DNA from: Collinsella sp.
Lineage (GTDB): Bacteria; Actinomycetota; Coriobacteriia; Coriobacteriales; Coriobacteriaceae
NCBI GenBank assembly: GCA_019414625.1
Contig: DXLR01000016.1
Location: forward strand, 11,159 to 75,158
Direction: 5' to 3'
Length of the DNA: 64,000 nucleotides
Under the pieces are notes generated by a model. The model was not told the origin of the DNA. It saw only the letters and a list, made by a program, of their open reading frames with translations, and did not search any database. Positions within the stretch are counted from its first letter, which is position 1. Every line of letters begins with the position of its first letter. Below, one piece after another: positions 19,942 to 30,309 of the stretch. Both the position numbers and the translations under genes were made by a program.

Positions 19942-20622
19942 CTATTCGGGCCAAATAAATTGCGTGCGGCCGGCCTCGCCGCCATCGATCAACAGACTCT
20001 GTCCGGTCATAAACCGGTTGGTCACGCCCACAAAGTAGATCCACTCGGCGATCTCTTGGGCGGTGGCCCAGCGTTTAAGCGGCGTGAGCTCCATAATCTG
20101 ATTCCACAGGCGCTCGTCTTCCATCACGCAACGGTTGAGCGGCGTGATAACGCCGCCTGGGTCCACACTGTTGGCGATGGCCTGCGGCGCCAGGCGGTTT
20201 GCAAGGTTCTTGGTGTACGCGATAACGCCGCCCTTGCTGGCAGCATAGGCAGGAAACTCCGATCCCGTATGCCCGCTCGCCGACCCCACATTGACCACGG
20301 ATTGGATAGCCGGCACCGGCTTGGCGGCAAGCCCCTCCCCCGCAAAGGCGTAGCGCTCGGTCACGTTGATGGTGCCATACAGGTTGGCGGCGATGTCATC
20401 GGCCGAATCCTGCGTACCGGCAACGTTCACGATCACCTGGGGTTCAAGGTCGCCTGGAAACGAGCCCGGCTCGCGGACATCAACGATCAGATGGCGGTAG
20501 CGCTCGTGTTCGACCGCCGCCGGCAGCAGATCAAAGCCCACGACCTCGTGGCCCTCGTCCAAAAATCGTTGCACGCATGCGGCTCCGATACCGCCCGAAG
20601 CACCCGTGATCAAAACCCGCAT
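19942..20622 (-). CDS. Short-chain dehydrogenase/reductase
   Basis: TGASGGIG, NVAG, YAASKGG (YxxxK); starts 9 bp after the VUT transporter stop. Confidence 0.9.
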   Translation of the reverse strand: MRVLITGASGGIGAACVQRFLDEGHEVVGFDLLPAAVEHERYRHLIVDVREPGSFPGDLEPQVIVNVAGTQDSADDIAANLYGTINVTERYAFAGEGLAAKPVPAIQSVVNVGSASGHTGSEFPAYAASKGGVIAYTKNLANRLAPQAIANSVDPGGVITPLNRCVMEDERLWNQIMELTPLKRWATAQEIAEWIYFVGVTNRFMTGQSLLIDGGEAGRTQFIWPE

Positions 20623-20631
20623 ACTTGCTCC

Positions 20632-21354
20632 TTAGGCGGTTGCGTGGCGCTCGAGGTACTCGGAGCCCACATTCTCGCGCTCCCAGCCGCGCACGACCTT
20701 GTAGCCCACGGGGCTCAGGAAAACCTCGCACAGCAGCTCGGCAACAGCGCCCGTCAGGGAGCACATGAGGACCTGCACCCAGGTCCAGCCGAAGAACGTG
20801 TGGCTCACCACAATGGCAAAGACCAGATTGTCGATAAACTGGCCAACACCCGTGGACACATAGGAGCGGAAGGCGAAGCTTGCAAAGTTATTCTTTTTGA
20901 GCATGCGGCCGAGCGACTGGTTGAGCGTGGAGTTAACCACGGCAGAAACGAGCATTGCCAGCGAAGAGCCCAGCACCACGTACCAGGTGCCGCCGATGGT
21001 GGCGTTAAGAGCGGTGTTGACCTCGATCATGCCCGTGTCGTAGTAAGCGCCCCACATGCCGGGCGTGAGCGAGCATGCCCAAAAGCACAGGCTCACGGCA
21101 AGGTTGACCAGCAGCGCGAGGATAGAGATTTTAATGGATGCCTTGGCACCAAAGCGCTTGCAGATCATGTCCTGGCACAAAAACGAAACCCAGCTCACCA
21201 CAAAGCCGCAATCGAGTGCCAGATACGGCAGGCTGATGAGCTCTTTGTTGGCCAGCAGGTTCATCATGATGACGCTCACGAAAAACAGCGAAACCGTTGC
21301 CGCGGGAATGCTCCGCAACAGGACCTTGTAGTCCTCCATGACCTTCTTGATCAT
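20632..21354 (-). CDS. VUT/YhhQ-family queuosine-precursor transporter
   Basis: MNLLANK, RSYVSTGVGQFIDNLVF; preceded by a preQ1-like riboswitch. Confidence 0.82.
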   Translation of the reverse strand: MIKKVMEDYKVLLRSIPAATVSLFFVSVIMMNLLANKELISLPYLALDCGFVVSWVSFLCQDMICKRFGAKASIKISILALLVNLAVSLCFWACSLTPGMWGAYYDTGMIEVNTALNATIGGTWYVVLGSSLAMLVSAVVNSTLNQSLGRMLKKNNFASFAFRSYVSTGVGQFIDNLVFAIVVSHTFFGWTWVQVLMCSLTGAVAELLCEVFLSPVGYKVVRGWERENVGSEYLERHATA

Positions 21355-21357
21355 TAT

Positions 21358-21410
21358 GTACTCCTTTGGTTTTAGGTTTAACGAGCAGGATATCGGACCC
21401 GAACTGCTCG
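21358..21410 (-). ncRNA. Putative preQ1 class I-like riboswitch (translational)
   Basis: Minus strand GAGCAG-TTCG-GGTCCGATATC-CTGCTC-GTTAAACCTAAAACC-AAAGGAG: stem, UUCG-starting loop and A-rich tail running into the SD. Confidence 0.6.
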
Positions 21411-21510
21411 GACGCCCCGGTCTTGAGACGACGGTGGGTATAATAGCCGCTCACACGGCATAAGGCAAGCAAACGGCGCGGCAGCCCCGCAGGACCACCG
21501 CGCCGATACG

Positions 21511-23124
21511 TTAAAAGGCTACGTTGCCAAACTCCGACAGGATCAGGTCGGGGTTGTGGTCGGTCGCCCAGTCCACGTTCCACGAGCTCGTGAACAGCAG
21601 CAGCTTGCCGCCGCGCATGTCCTCGACGCGCAGGGTGTCGCGCGTGAGCGAAAGAGCCGGGATATCGATGGTATCGGGGTCATTCTGGATCCAGCGGATG
21701 TCCGTATAGGGCAGCGGCTGGCGACGAACCTCAACACGGTACTCGGCCTTAAGACGGCGCTCGAGCACCTCAAACTGCAGCACGCCGACCACGCCGACGA
21801 TAACGCTTTCCATGCCGGCGCCCAACTCGCGGAAGATCTGGATGGCGCCCTCCTGGGCAAGCTCCTCCATGCCCTTGACGAACTGCTTGCGCTTGAGCGT
21901 GTCGACCTGCGTAATGCGAGCGAACATCTCGGGGGCAAACGTCGGGATCTGCGGATACTGCACATGGCGCTTGCCGGAGCACACGGTGTCGCCGATGCTA
22001 AAGATACCCGGATCGAACAGGCCCACGATATCGCCCGCGTACGCCTCGTCCACGATGGCGCGGTCGTCGGCCATCATCGACGTGCCCGTGGCAAGCTTGA
22101 GCTTGCGGTTGCCCTGCACGTGGAAGGCGTCCATGCCGCGCTCGAACTTGCCCGAGCAAATGCGCACAAAGGCGATGCGGTCACGGTGGTTCTTGTCCAT
22201 GTTGGCCTGGATCTTAAACACAAAGCCGCTAAAGTCGTCGCGGCAGGGATCGACCGGCTCGCCGGTGAGCGTATCGGTATAGGCGCGCGGCGTCGGGGCC
22301 AGGCGCAGGAACTCCTTGAGAAAGGGCTCCACGCCAAAGTTGGTAAGCGCCGAGCCAAAGAACGCCGGGCTCAGCTTGCCACAGGCCACGGCATCCAAGT
22401 CGAGCTCGTCGCCGGCACCATCGAGCAGCTCGATGTCGTCCATCAGGTTCTTATGGTTTTCCTCGCCGATGAGCTCGTCCATGGAAGGATCGCCCAGCTC
22501 GGCCTCGACCTCGGCGACCTTCTTGGTGGCGTTGGCGTGGCCGTCGCCCTCAAAGGCAATAACGCGACGGGTCTGACGATCGAACACGCCGCGGAAGTTG
22601 CGGCCGCTGCCGATCGGCCAGTTCATGGGATACGTATTGATACCCAGGACGTTCTCGATCTCTTCCATGAGCTCAAACGGATCGCGAGCATCGTGGTCAA
22701 GCTTGTTCACAAAGGTGAAGATGGGAATGTGGCGCAGTGTGCAGACCTTAAAAAGCTTTTTGGTCTGGGCCTCGACGCCCTTGGCGCCGTCGATGACCAT
22801 GACTGCGGCGTCGGCGGCCATAAGGGTACGGTAGGTATCCTCCGAGAAGTCCTGGTGGCCGGGGGTATCGAGGATATTGACGCAGGCGCCGTTATAGGTG
22901 AACTGCAGTACCGAGGAGGTAACGGAAATGCCGCGCTCCTTCTCGATGTCCATCCAGTCCGAGACGGCATGCTTGGCCGAGCTCTTGCCCTTGACCGAGC
23001 CGGCAGTCTGAATGCTACCGGTATAGAGCAGCAGCTTCTCGGTCAGTGTGGTCTTACCGGCGTCCGGGTGGCTGATGATCGCGAATGTGCGGCGCGACGA
23101 GATTTCATCCGACAGGCTTGCCAT
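21511..23124 (-). CDS. prfC: Peptide chain release factor 3
   Basis: RRTFAIISHPDAGKTTLTEKLL, DTPGHQDFSEDTYR, FKIQANMDKNHRDR. Confidence 0.97.
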   Translation of the reverse strand: MASLSDEISSRRTFAIISHPDAGKTTLTEKLLLYTGSIQTAGSVKGKSSAKHAVSDWMDIEKERGISVTSSVLQFTYNGACVNILDTPGHQDFSEDTYRTLMAADAAVMVIDGAKGVEAQTKKLFKVCTLRHIPIFTFVNKLDHDARDPFELMEEIENVLGINTYPMNWPIGSGRNFRGVFDRQTRRVIAFEGDGHANATKKVAEVEAELGDPSMDELIGEENHKNLMDDIELLDGAGDELDLDAVACGKLSPAFFGSALTNFGVEPFLKEFLRLAPTPRAYTDTLTGEPVDPCRDDFSGFVFKIQANMDKNHRDRIAFVRICSGKFERGMDAFHVQGNRKLKLATGTSMMADDRAIVDEAYAGDIVGLFDPGIFSIGDTVCSGKRHVQYPQIPTFAPEMFARITQVDTLKRKQFVKGMEELAQEGAIQIFRELGAGMESVIVGVVGVLQFEVLERRLKAEYRVEVRRQPLPYTDIRWIQNDPDTIDIPALSLTRDTLRVEDMRGGKLLLFTSSWNVDWATDHNPDLILSEFGNVAF

Positions 23125-23269
23125 GCGGATCCTTTCTTGCATTGAGTGCATTACGTCGATGTAACCGCACTATTGTAGCCGCGAAACCTCGCCATAGGGC
23201 GCCTATCAGGACAAATTCATCAGTTGGGGCTCGGACGGTGGAATGTCAGCGGTGTTCCGCGACGGTTTG

Positions 23270-23565
23270 TCTCAATCTGTAACACCTAGAAGGGTTTTTG
23301 ACCTCCAGGTGTTACAGATTGAGATGAACGCACAGGGCGGGCAGCCAGTATCTTGATCTGTAACAGTTAGCCAGCAAAAACGGGTCTAGATGTTACAGAT
23401 CAAGACAAATGAATGGACCTGTCGACAAAATCTCAATCTGTAACAGATAAACGGGTTTTTGACCTCCAGATGTTACAAATCGAGACAAACGGTCGGACGT
23501 CTCAGAAAGATCTCAATCTGTAACAGTTAGTCATCCAAAACGGGTCTAGATGTTACAGATTGAGA
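23270..23565. repeat. Array of four 55-bp hairpins (eight alternating 15-bp arms, 25-26-bp spacers)
   Basis: TCTCAATCTGTAACA...TGTTACAGATTGAGA at 23270, 23351, 23431 and 23511. Confidence 0.9.
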
Positions 23566-23681
23566 TGAATGAGTAGAGGGACGGACAGCCCCGTAATTTC
23601 CTCTTGCACAACTGTACATAGTGTGTATATACTGTGCTTACCGGTTATATACACGTGTAGCCCATCAGCTAAGGAGCCGCT

Positions 23682-24062
23682 GTGGACATCATCCTATCCA
23701 ATTCGAGCGACAAGCCCATCTACGAGCAGATAACCTCGCAGGTCAAAGCTCAGATCCTTTCGGGCACGCTTGCTGCGGGAGCCAAACTCCCCAGCATCCG
23801 TGCACTCGCGAGCGATCTTGGCGTGAGTGTCATCACCACCAAGCGCGCCTACGCCGACCTGGAGCAACTCGGCTTTATCTGCACTGTGCAGGGCAAGGGC
23901 TGTTTTGTCGCCGAGGGCAACCAAGAACTCTTGCGCGAAAATCAGTTCTGCCATATCGAAGAGCTGCTCGCACAGGCAGCAACGCAAGCCGAAGCCGTGG
24001 GCGTCACGCGCGATAAACTGCACGAGATGCTCGACCTGGTAGCCCCCGAAACCATGCAGTAA
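23682..24062 (+). CDS. GntR (YtrA-subfamily) regulator
   Basis: PIYEQI, LPSIRALASDLGVSVITTKRAY, GKGCFV; TGTATATAC-like motifs upstream. Confidence 0.92.
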   Translation: MDIILSNSSDKPIYEQITSQVKAQILSGTLAAGAKLPSIRALASDLGVSVITTKRAYADLEQLGFICTVQGKGCFVAEGNQELLRENQFCHIEELLAQAATQAEAVGVTRDKLHEMLDLVAPETMQ

Positions 24063-24085
24063 CCATCTGCAAGAAAGGCTATGCC

Positions 24086-24967
24086 ATGCAAAACTTGCTA
24101 GAACTCAAAAGCATCTCACGCCGCGTGAGCGACCGCTTTTCGCTACGTGACGTCACGTTGGCCGTGGAGCCCGGCCAAATTGTTGGCTTTGTGGGCGCAA
24201 ACGGCGCCGGCAAGACGACGACCATTCGCGCCACGCTTGGGCTTATAAAGCTCGATGCCGGCGAGGTGCACCTGTTTGGGCAGCGCTGTGGCACCGACGC
24301 GCCCGATGAGTCGCAACGCCACCTGCGCTCTCGCATCGGCCTCGTGCTGGACACATGTCCCTTCCCCTCCACGCTCAAGGTCGGCCAGATCGAGGCGCTC
24401 GTAGGCCCGGCGTACCCCACGTGGGACCGCGAAACGTTCGCCGGATTCATCAACCGATTTGGCCTCGATCCCAAGACAAAGGTCAAGGACCTCTCCCGCG
24501 GCATGGGTATGAAGCTGCAGCTCGCCTGCGCGCTCAGCCACCATGCCAAGCTGCTCGTTTTGGACGAAGGCACCGCGGGCCTCGATCCCATGGCACGCGA
24601 GGAACTGCTCGATGAGCTGCTCGCCTTTGTCGCCGACGGCCAGCGCAGCGTGCTGCTCTCGAGCCACATTACGTCTGATCTCGATCGTGCTGCCGACCGC
24701 GTCATCTGCATCGATAACGGCTCGATTGTGTTTGACCTGCCACGCGAGGACATTACCGACCGCGCCGGCATCGCCCACTGCACCCAGGCACAGGCCGCCG
24801 AGCTCATGGCTTGCGTCGAAGGCACCCGCGCCGCCCGCCACGCCTACAGCGTGGACGTGCTCGTGCCCAACCACCGCGAAGTGCTCGAGGCCTTCCCCGA
24901 GATTCCCTGCGATCGGGCAACCATTGATGACTATCTTCGCTTCATGCTGAAAGGGGCTTTGAAATGA
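24086..24967 (+). CDS. ABC transporter ATP-binding protein
   Basis: GANGAGKTT, LSRGM, LDEG. Confidence 0.92.
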   Translation: MQNLLELKSISRRVSDRFSLRDVTLAVEPGQIVGFVGANGAGKTTTIRATLGLIKLDAGEVHLFGQRCGTDAPDESQRHLRSRIGLVLDTCPFPSTLKVGQIEALVGPAYPTWDRETFAGFINRFGLDPKTKVKDLSRGMGMKLQLACALSHHAKLLVLDEGTAGLDPMAREELLDELLAFVADGQRSVLLSSHITSDLDRAADRVICIDNGSIVFDLPREDITDRAGIAHCTQAQAAELMACVEGTRAARHAYSVDVLVPNHREVLEAFPEIPCDRATIDDYLRFMLKGALK

Positions 24968-25665
24968 AACGCGCCATTATGTCCGAGCTTCCCATCGTTC
25001 GCACGCTCGTCCCGAGCATCGCAGGTGTCGGCCTGTTCATCTTCGTCGTGCTGACCGCCGTCAGGGCATCGAATGGTGATTCCGACATGAGCGCCGCCGG
25101 CGCCTTCGCGATCAGTGCCATGTCGCCTATCATGGCCATGACGTCGCTGGCCGGGCTCGACAACCAAAACGGATGGGAGCGCTATCGGGCAACGCTGCCC
25201 ATCTCACGCAAAGACATCGTCAGCGCACGCTACCTGTGCATCACTATTTTCTCGGTCATCATGGCGTGCGCGGCCGTGCTGTTGAGTATCGTCGCCATCC
25301 CGATCTTAAACAGCGTGGGTATCCCCTCCACGGGAGAGACCGTCTTTGAGACCGCAATCGCCTCGGCAATATCGATGCTTTTCTCCCTCATGGCGGTGTT
25401 TTTGGTACTGCCTCTGTTCTTTCGATTTGAACACATGAAGGCGCAACGCCTATCCGTTGGTCTGTACGCCCTATTCATGTGCCTTATCATGGTCACGCTA
25501 AACTCATTCAACCCCATCAGCAACCAGCTCATGTCGATTGCAGGGACGAATCCCGATTCTGCCGTCCTCGGTTGCCTGTGTGGTGCCGTCGCGCTAGCAA
25601 CGGTCATCCTTGGCGTTGTCAGCTGCGCCATCAGCACCAAGGTCTACCGGGCACGCGACCTATAG
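24964..25665 (+). CDS. ABC-2 type permease
   Basis: GWERYRATLPISRKDIVSARY, about 6 TM, overlaps the ATPase stop. Confidence 0.85.
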   Translation: MKRAIMSELPIVRTLVPSIAGVGLFIFVVLTAVRASNGDSDMSAAGAFAISAMSPIMAMTSLAGLDNQNGWERYRATLPISRKDIVSARYLCITIFSVIMACAAVLLSIVAIPILNSVGIPSTGETVFETAIASAISMLFSLMAVFLVLPLFFRFEHMKAQRLSVGLYALFMCLIMVTLNSFNPISNQLMSIAGTNPDSAVLGCLCGAVALATVILGVVSCAISTKVYRARDL

Positions 25666-25735
25666 GCAAGCGCGGTATCATCGGACATGCGCCATAGATC
25701 TGGCGTGGTCTTTTTTTTGAGGAGGCGCACAACCC

Positions 25736-26611
25736 GTGTCGTGGGTCGTCGCAGCATTTGCGTCAGCATTCTTTGCCGGCATCACATCCATCTTGGCCAA
25801 ATGCGGCATCAAGCAGACCGACTCCGATGTCGCGACGGCCATTCGCACCTGCGTGGTGCTCGTTTTCGTCTGGGCAATGGCGGGTATTTCTGGATCCATT
25901 GGAACCATTGGCAGCATCGAACCCAGATCCTGGCTCTTTCTCGTCCTCTCGGGACTCGCTACCGGAGCTTCGTGGATCTGTTACTTTAAGGCGCTGAGCA
26001 TCGGAGACATAAATAAGGTCGTACCGGTTGACAAGATGAGCACCGTGCTCGCCGCGCTGATCGCCATCGCGCTTTTTGGTGAGACGAGCAACCTTGCGGT
26101 TAAGCTCGTGGGAACCGCCGTCATCACCCTCGGCACGTTTTTAATGATCGAGAAGCAGCAGTCTGCCGGACCCGAGCAGCAGCAAGACCGGACCTGGCTC
26201 GCTTACGCCCTCGGCGCCGCCGTGTTCGCAGCACTCACCTCCGTCCTCGCCAAGGTTGGCATCGAAGGCGTCGAGTCCAACCTGGCCACGGCAATCCGTA
26301 CCTGTGTGGTACTGGTTATGGCATGGGCAATCGTGGCAGCTAAAGGCAAGATGGGCCAAGCCGTGCACATAGACCGCTACGAACTCGTATTACTCGCGGC
26401 ATCGGGCATCGCGACTGGAGCATCGTGGCTGCTCTATTACTATGCCATCGCCGCAGGCCAGGTGAGCGTCGTGGTGCAGATCGACAAACTATCGATTGTC
26501 GTATCGGTACTATTTGCGCGCCTGGCATTCAACGAAAAAGTCTCGCGACGCAGCGCCATCGGTCTCGCCCTCATCGTCTTGGGCACTGCGGCGCTCGCGG
26601 TTTGGAAGTAG
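25736..26611 (+). CDS. EamA-family transporter
   Basis: Duplicated LAKxGI...ATAIRTCVV...GLATGASW...DKxS repeats. Confidence 0.9.
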   Translation: MSWVVAAFASAFFAGITSILAKCGIKQTDSDVATAIRTCVVLVFVWAMAGISGSIGTIGSIEPRSWLFLVLSGLATGASWICYFKALSIGDINKVVPVDKMSTVLAALIAIALFGETSNLAVKLVGTAVITLGTFLMIEKQQSAGPEQQQDRTWLAYALGAAVFAALTSVLAKVGIEGVESNLATAIRTCVVLVMAWAIVAAKGKMGQAVHIDRYELVLLAASGIATGASWLLYYYAIAAGQVSVVVQIDKLSIVVSVLFARLAFNEKVSRRSAIGLALIVLGTAALAVWK

Positions 26612-26829
26612 CGCTGACACCGTGCGAGGCCCAGTCCACCCGGGAATCCGTGACATATGGCATGCCCCGGCCCGCACGCAGCGTCTTACAGTAGAGCTGT
26701 CACGGGCCTTAGACCAATCTCGATCATCCAAGGGGATGTCTTTTTGGTCATTGTTCTTTAGGGAACGGTCAATCGCATACAAACTGGAAACGTCCGTCCA
26801 ACGGCCGTGGTTTGTTGCGCCGTTCCACC

Positions 26830-27107
26830 TCCGTCATCTGGCATATCTGCACCTGATTGGAAAGAACAATGCAATCCCAGAAATCTCAATCGGGACCACC
26901 CATCTGCTGCCCATCCTCGCCCCTTTAATCTCCCCCCATCTTGAGCAGATGCCTCACTCCGCCCCGAGTCCCGCAAGCGAACTCGGCGACCTGCGTTGGC
27001 GTCATGAGGTAGGGATAGGGTTCGAGCGCCGCCAAGTACAGCCCGTCCAGATCTGCGTCGGCCAGGACGGGCATGTTCGGATCTGCCACGATTCCTTCGC
27101 TCGACAT
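26830..27107 (-). pseudogene. Excisionase-like HTH protein, frameshifted
   Basis: YPYLMTPTQVAEF...VRHLLKMG, then in another frame after a G6 tract (26932-26937) EIKGARMGSRWVVP. Confidence 0.6.
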
Positions 27108-27324
27108 TTCCCCTCCAATCTTGGAGGGCCGCGCACCCTTAAAGGCACGCGATCCCAGTCTCATCCCCGCAGCCCCACACGGCAACGGTGCTGCTGCCGG
27201 GCTTGCACGCTTGCGGTCCGCCACACGCTTCGCCACGGCCCCGATACCGCGTGATCTCGACCCGCGCGGTCTCCGCAGTAGACACAAAGGGAGTCATCGC
27301 GGCTCCCGGGTCTCGGGCGTCGAG

Positions 27325-27729
27325 CTAGTAGCCCGCGTCGCGAAACCGCCGCGCACAGACGTCACACAAGGGGACGACGTTTCTCCGTGGGACAAGCCCC
27401 GGGCTTACCGCGATAGCCGCATCGACCCTTGCCATCTCACGCTCGCCCGCAATGCCGAGACGCGCCCCGAGACGTGCCTTGTCGATCGTTCTTACCTGCT
27501 CGAGCATCACCGTCGACGTCCGTCTCAACCCTACGACCACAGGAAGGAGAACGTGCGTCGGCATCCACCTTCCTACTCGCTTCGTGAGAGGCACGACGAT
27601 AACCGGGCGCGGGCGCCTGTTCTCGCAATCGTCCTGCACGATGAGGAAGGGGCGAACGCCGCCCTATTCACTGCCGACGATCGGATCTAGGTCCGCGAAG
27701 CATATCTGACCGCGTCGGATTCCATCCAA
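27325..27729 (-). pseudogene. PemK/MazF-family toxin with internal nonsense codon
   Basis: RRGQICFADLDPIVGSE*GGVRPFLIVQ...VIVVPLT...EQVRTIDKARL; TAG at 27664-27666 replaces the conserved Q of GSEQGG. Confidence 0.8.
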
Positions 27730-27986
27730 GCGTAGCCACCCCCACTCCTTTCTCAGCAACCCGAATATGCAAGCGGGCCGGCCTTTTGGCCGGCCCGAGC
27801 TCCGCCCGAAGACCAAAGGCCATCATCGCGTGGCGCGCTCTTGCCCCTACCGCATCGGACGGCCATGCGATTCTCAAGGTTCTCGAAGGAGTCGCTCCTC
27901 GCTATACCGGACACGCCGGCTCTAGGAGGGGAAGTCGCTCTCGAGAATTTCCCTGAGCTTTTCTCTCGCTTTGTGGAGGCCGTACT

Positions 27987-28367
27987 TTATCGCCCTTTCG
28001 AAGCACCCCCCTCCGCAATTTCCCTTATCGGGAGCAGGGCAGCATCGTGCATGAGAAGCCGCCTCATCTGAACTGGGGAGAGTGTTGCGACCGCGCAAGC
28101 CAGCGCCTTCGATTCGTATCGCCTCGCCAGCATCTCCTCAGGGTTCGACGAAGGGTCCGCCAACACCTGGGGGAGCATAGCGTCCAAACTGAGAGTGTGG
28201 CGTGCCTCCCGACGCTCGATACGCCACCATTCGCGCTGGAGGTCGTCTAGGGCTTCCGCCACATCGCGCCCGACCGCGACCGCGACGTGACCTCCACCCG
28301 AGATCCTCATCTCGACACATAGTCCATCATCCGACGAGAGCGCGCAATTCGTCCTGTATAGGCGCAT
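27987..28367 (-). CDS. Sigma-70 region 4-like DNA-binding protein (ICE-type regulator), possibly degenerate
   Basis: ERREARHTLSLD...LACAVATLSPVQMRRL...IREIAEG; strong RBS GGAGGGG. Confidence 0.65.
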   Translation of the reverse strand: MRLYRTNCALSSDDGLCVEMRISGGGHVAVAVGRDVAEALDDLQREWWRIERREARHTLSLDAMLPQVLADPSSNPEEMLARRYESKALACAVATLSPVQMRRLLMHDAALLPIREIAEGGASKGR

Positions 28368-29000
28368 GGTGTCCCCCTCCGTCGCAAGAGGGAAACGAAA
28401 AAGCCCCTCTTGCCACTACGGACAAAAGAGGCCCTTTAGGGGAAGGCGTTGAGACCTCTGCGACTCGCTTAATCTCGCTGTTCTGGCTCTCGCTCCAACA
28501 GCTATCGCTCTTCGATATGTTTGAGTTGCTGTATCATTTTGCAACTTCCAAGACGTGCAGGAGGCCCGAAAAACCCTGTCAAACAACGTTCTTGGTGCTT
28601 TTCCGCATCTTCACCAGCCTGATAATGACACCGAATCCAGCCATCTCGATAATCGAGATTCCAAATAGGTCTTCTTACCTGCGAAAATCGAAAACGAAGC
28701 ACCCCTCTTCTCAAGCACTATCAAAAGAATTTATGAGCTGCGGCGCAGAAACTCGCCCTCCTGAATCATAGGAGCCTGCACCCGTATCGCCGCTTTACGT
28801 TATTCGCTGATGGGGATTTGGCTGACAACAACTGTGGCCATTCATTCGATTCACAATTGGCATATCTTATTTGCGCAATAGAATATGTGTGTCAATGCAG
28901 CCTCATGGACCCTTATGGCCCAACCGGAACAATCAAACTCAGCTGTATTGGCTTCCATCTGCGGGACGACCATTGGGGACTTAACCTGAGAGGATTGAGG

Positions 29001-30245
29001 ATGAAGTTCCATAAAAACGTGACCATGTTCGATTTTGCTGGTATTCCGATAGTTGCGAATTATGACAACGGTATTATTATCGGACTGACTGCCGCCGGTG
29101 CAGAAATATGTCGAAAGTTGCTCGTGGAAGACCTAGACCGGTCCGAAATTTCACTCGTAGATCAAAGTCTGTTCGACCAGCTAAGTAATAGTTGTTTTTT
29201 TGAGGGTCCACGGCATCCACCCGCATTGCAAACGGTGTATTTTCATGTCACGAGCCGCTGCGATTTAACATGTCAGGGATGCTATTCGTACAAGGAGGGG
29301 AGAAATTCCTGCGAAGACCCCTCCCTGGAATGCATCAAGAAAGCGTTGGATGAAATAAGTAGTCGCGGAATAAGCCAACTTGTCATCTCTGGAGGGGAGC
29401 CGTTCCTTCGTGATGACTTGCCAGATATCGTCGCATATGCAAAGGAAGTTTGCGGAATCCCGTCTCTGGCCATTCTCTCGAACGGGCTGCACATCGATCA
29501 AAGCTCCCTTCATCGCCTCTCAGGTCATTCTCCCTGCATTTCTATTTCATTTGATGGATACTCCGCAGAATCGCAAGCTCACATTCGTGGTACACAAAAC
29601 TTTTCTAAGCTCATTGACTCGATTAAACAAATAAAGAGCGCCGGGATTCAAGGACATATCATCGCCACAATTCACGCCCTGAACATCGAAGATGTTCTTC
29701 AGTACGTGACCCTTTCAAAAAGACTTGGAGTTACGATCAATTTCAGCCTGATATCGTTCACCTCTTCCGATCCTCATACGGCTGGCCTCATTCCCTCTCC
29801 GAGCCAACTTTACTCGCTGGGGGACGCATTGTTCCACCTTGGAAGCGATTCGATGGCCGGCCCTCATGGACAAACGCGCCTCAACATTTCTGCAAAACGT
29901 TATTGTGGCGCTGCGAAAAACACGCTCAGTATTGATTCCGACGGAACGGTCTACCCGTGCCATATGCTTCATGAGGAAAAGTACGCAATGGGCAATGTGT
30001 TTATCGATAGTCTGGCCAATGCTCTCGATTCGGATGTCGCGAGACTATTTCAGCAGCTTGATGCATCTCGATTTGAGACATGCTCCACTTGTAAATACTG
30101 CGAAATATGTGGCGGTGGATGCAGGGCGCGATCTTTATGCTCATCGCCCACTCTTGCTGCGCCCGATCCATACTGCCCACTAATGATTCGTTTCTTTGAA
30201 TTGCTCGAGGACGAAACGTCACGCGCCTTCTGTGCTGTCGAATAA
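29001..30245 (+). CDS. Radical SAM/SPASM peptide-maturase-like enzyme
   Basis: CDLTCQGC, SGGEPFL, SPASM CGAAKNTLSIDSDGTVYPC...CSTCKYCEICGGGC...DPYC; about 70-aa N-terminal extension; GAGG-ATG at 29001. Confidence 0.88.
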   Translation: MKFHKNVTMFDFAGIPIVANYDNGIIIGLTAAGAEICRKLLVEDLDRSEISLVDQSLFDQLSNSCFFEGPRHPPALQTVYFHVTSRCDLTCQGCYSYKEGRNSCEDPSLECIKKALDEISSRGISQLVISGGEPFLRDDLPDIVAYAKEVCGIPSLAILSNGLHIDQSSLHRLSGHSPCISISFDGYSAESQAHIRGTQNFSKLIDSIKQIKSAGIQGHIIATIHALNIEDVLQYVTLSKRLGVTINFSLISFTSSDPHTAGLIPSPSQLYSLGDALFHLGSDSMAGPHGQTRLNISAKRYCGAAKNTLSIDSDGTVYPCHMLHEEKYAMGNVFIDSLANALDSDVARLFQQLDASRFETCSTCKYCEICGGGCRARSLCSSPTLAAPDPYCPLMIRFFELLEDETSRAFCAVE

Positions 30246-30309
30246 GTTGCTGGGGGTGCGTATCGTCTTTTGTTGTAGTCATCGCGCAAGGTAACGCAAC
30301 GACAACAGT

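Noticed and set aside
23270..23565. CRISPR array
   Set aside because: Repeats alternate in orientation, spacers resemble each other, and there are no cas genes in the window
28818..29000. N-terminal extension of the rSAM, or a separate precursor peptide
   Set aside because: The best RBS and start is ATG 29001; no small ORF with a convincing SD was found upstream
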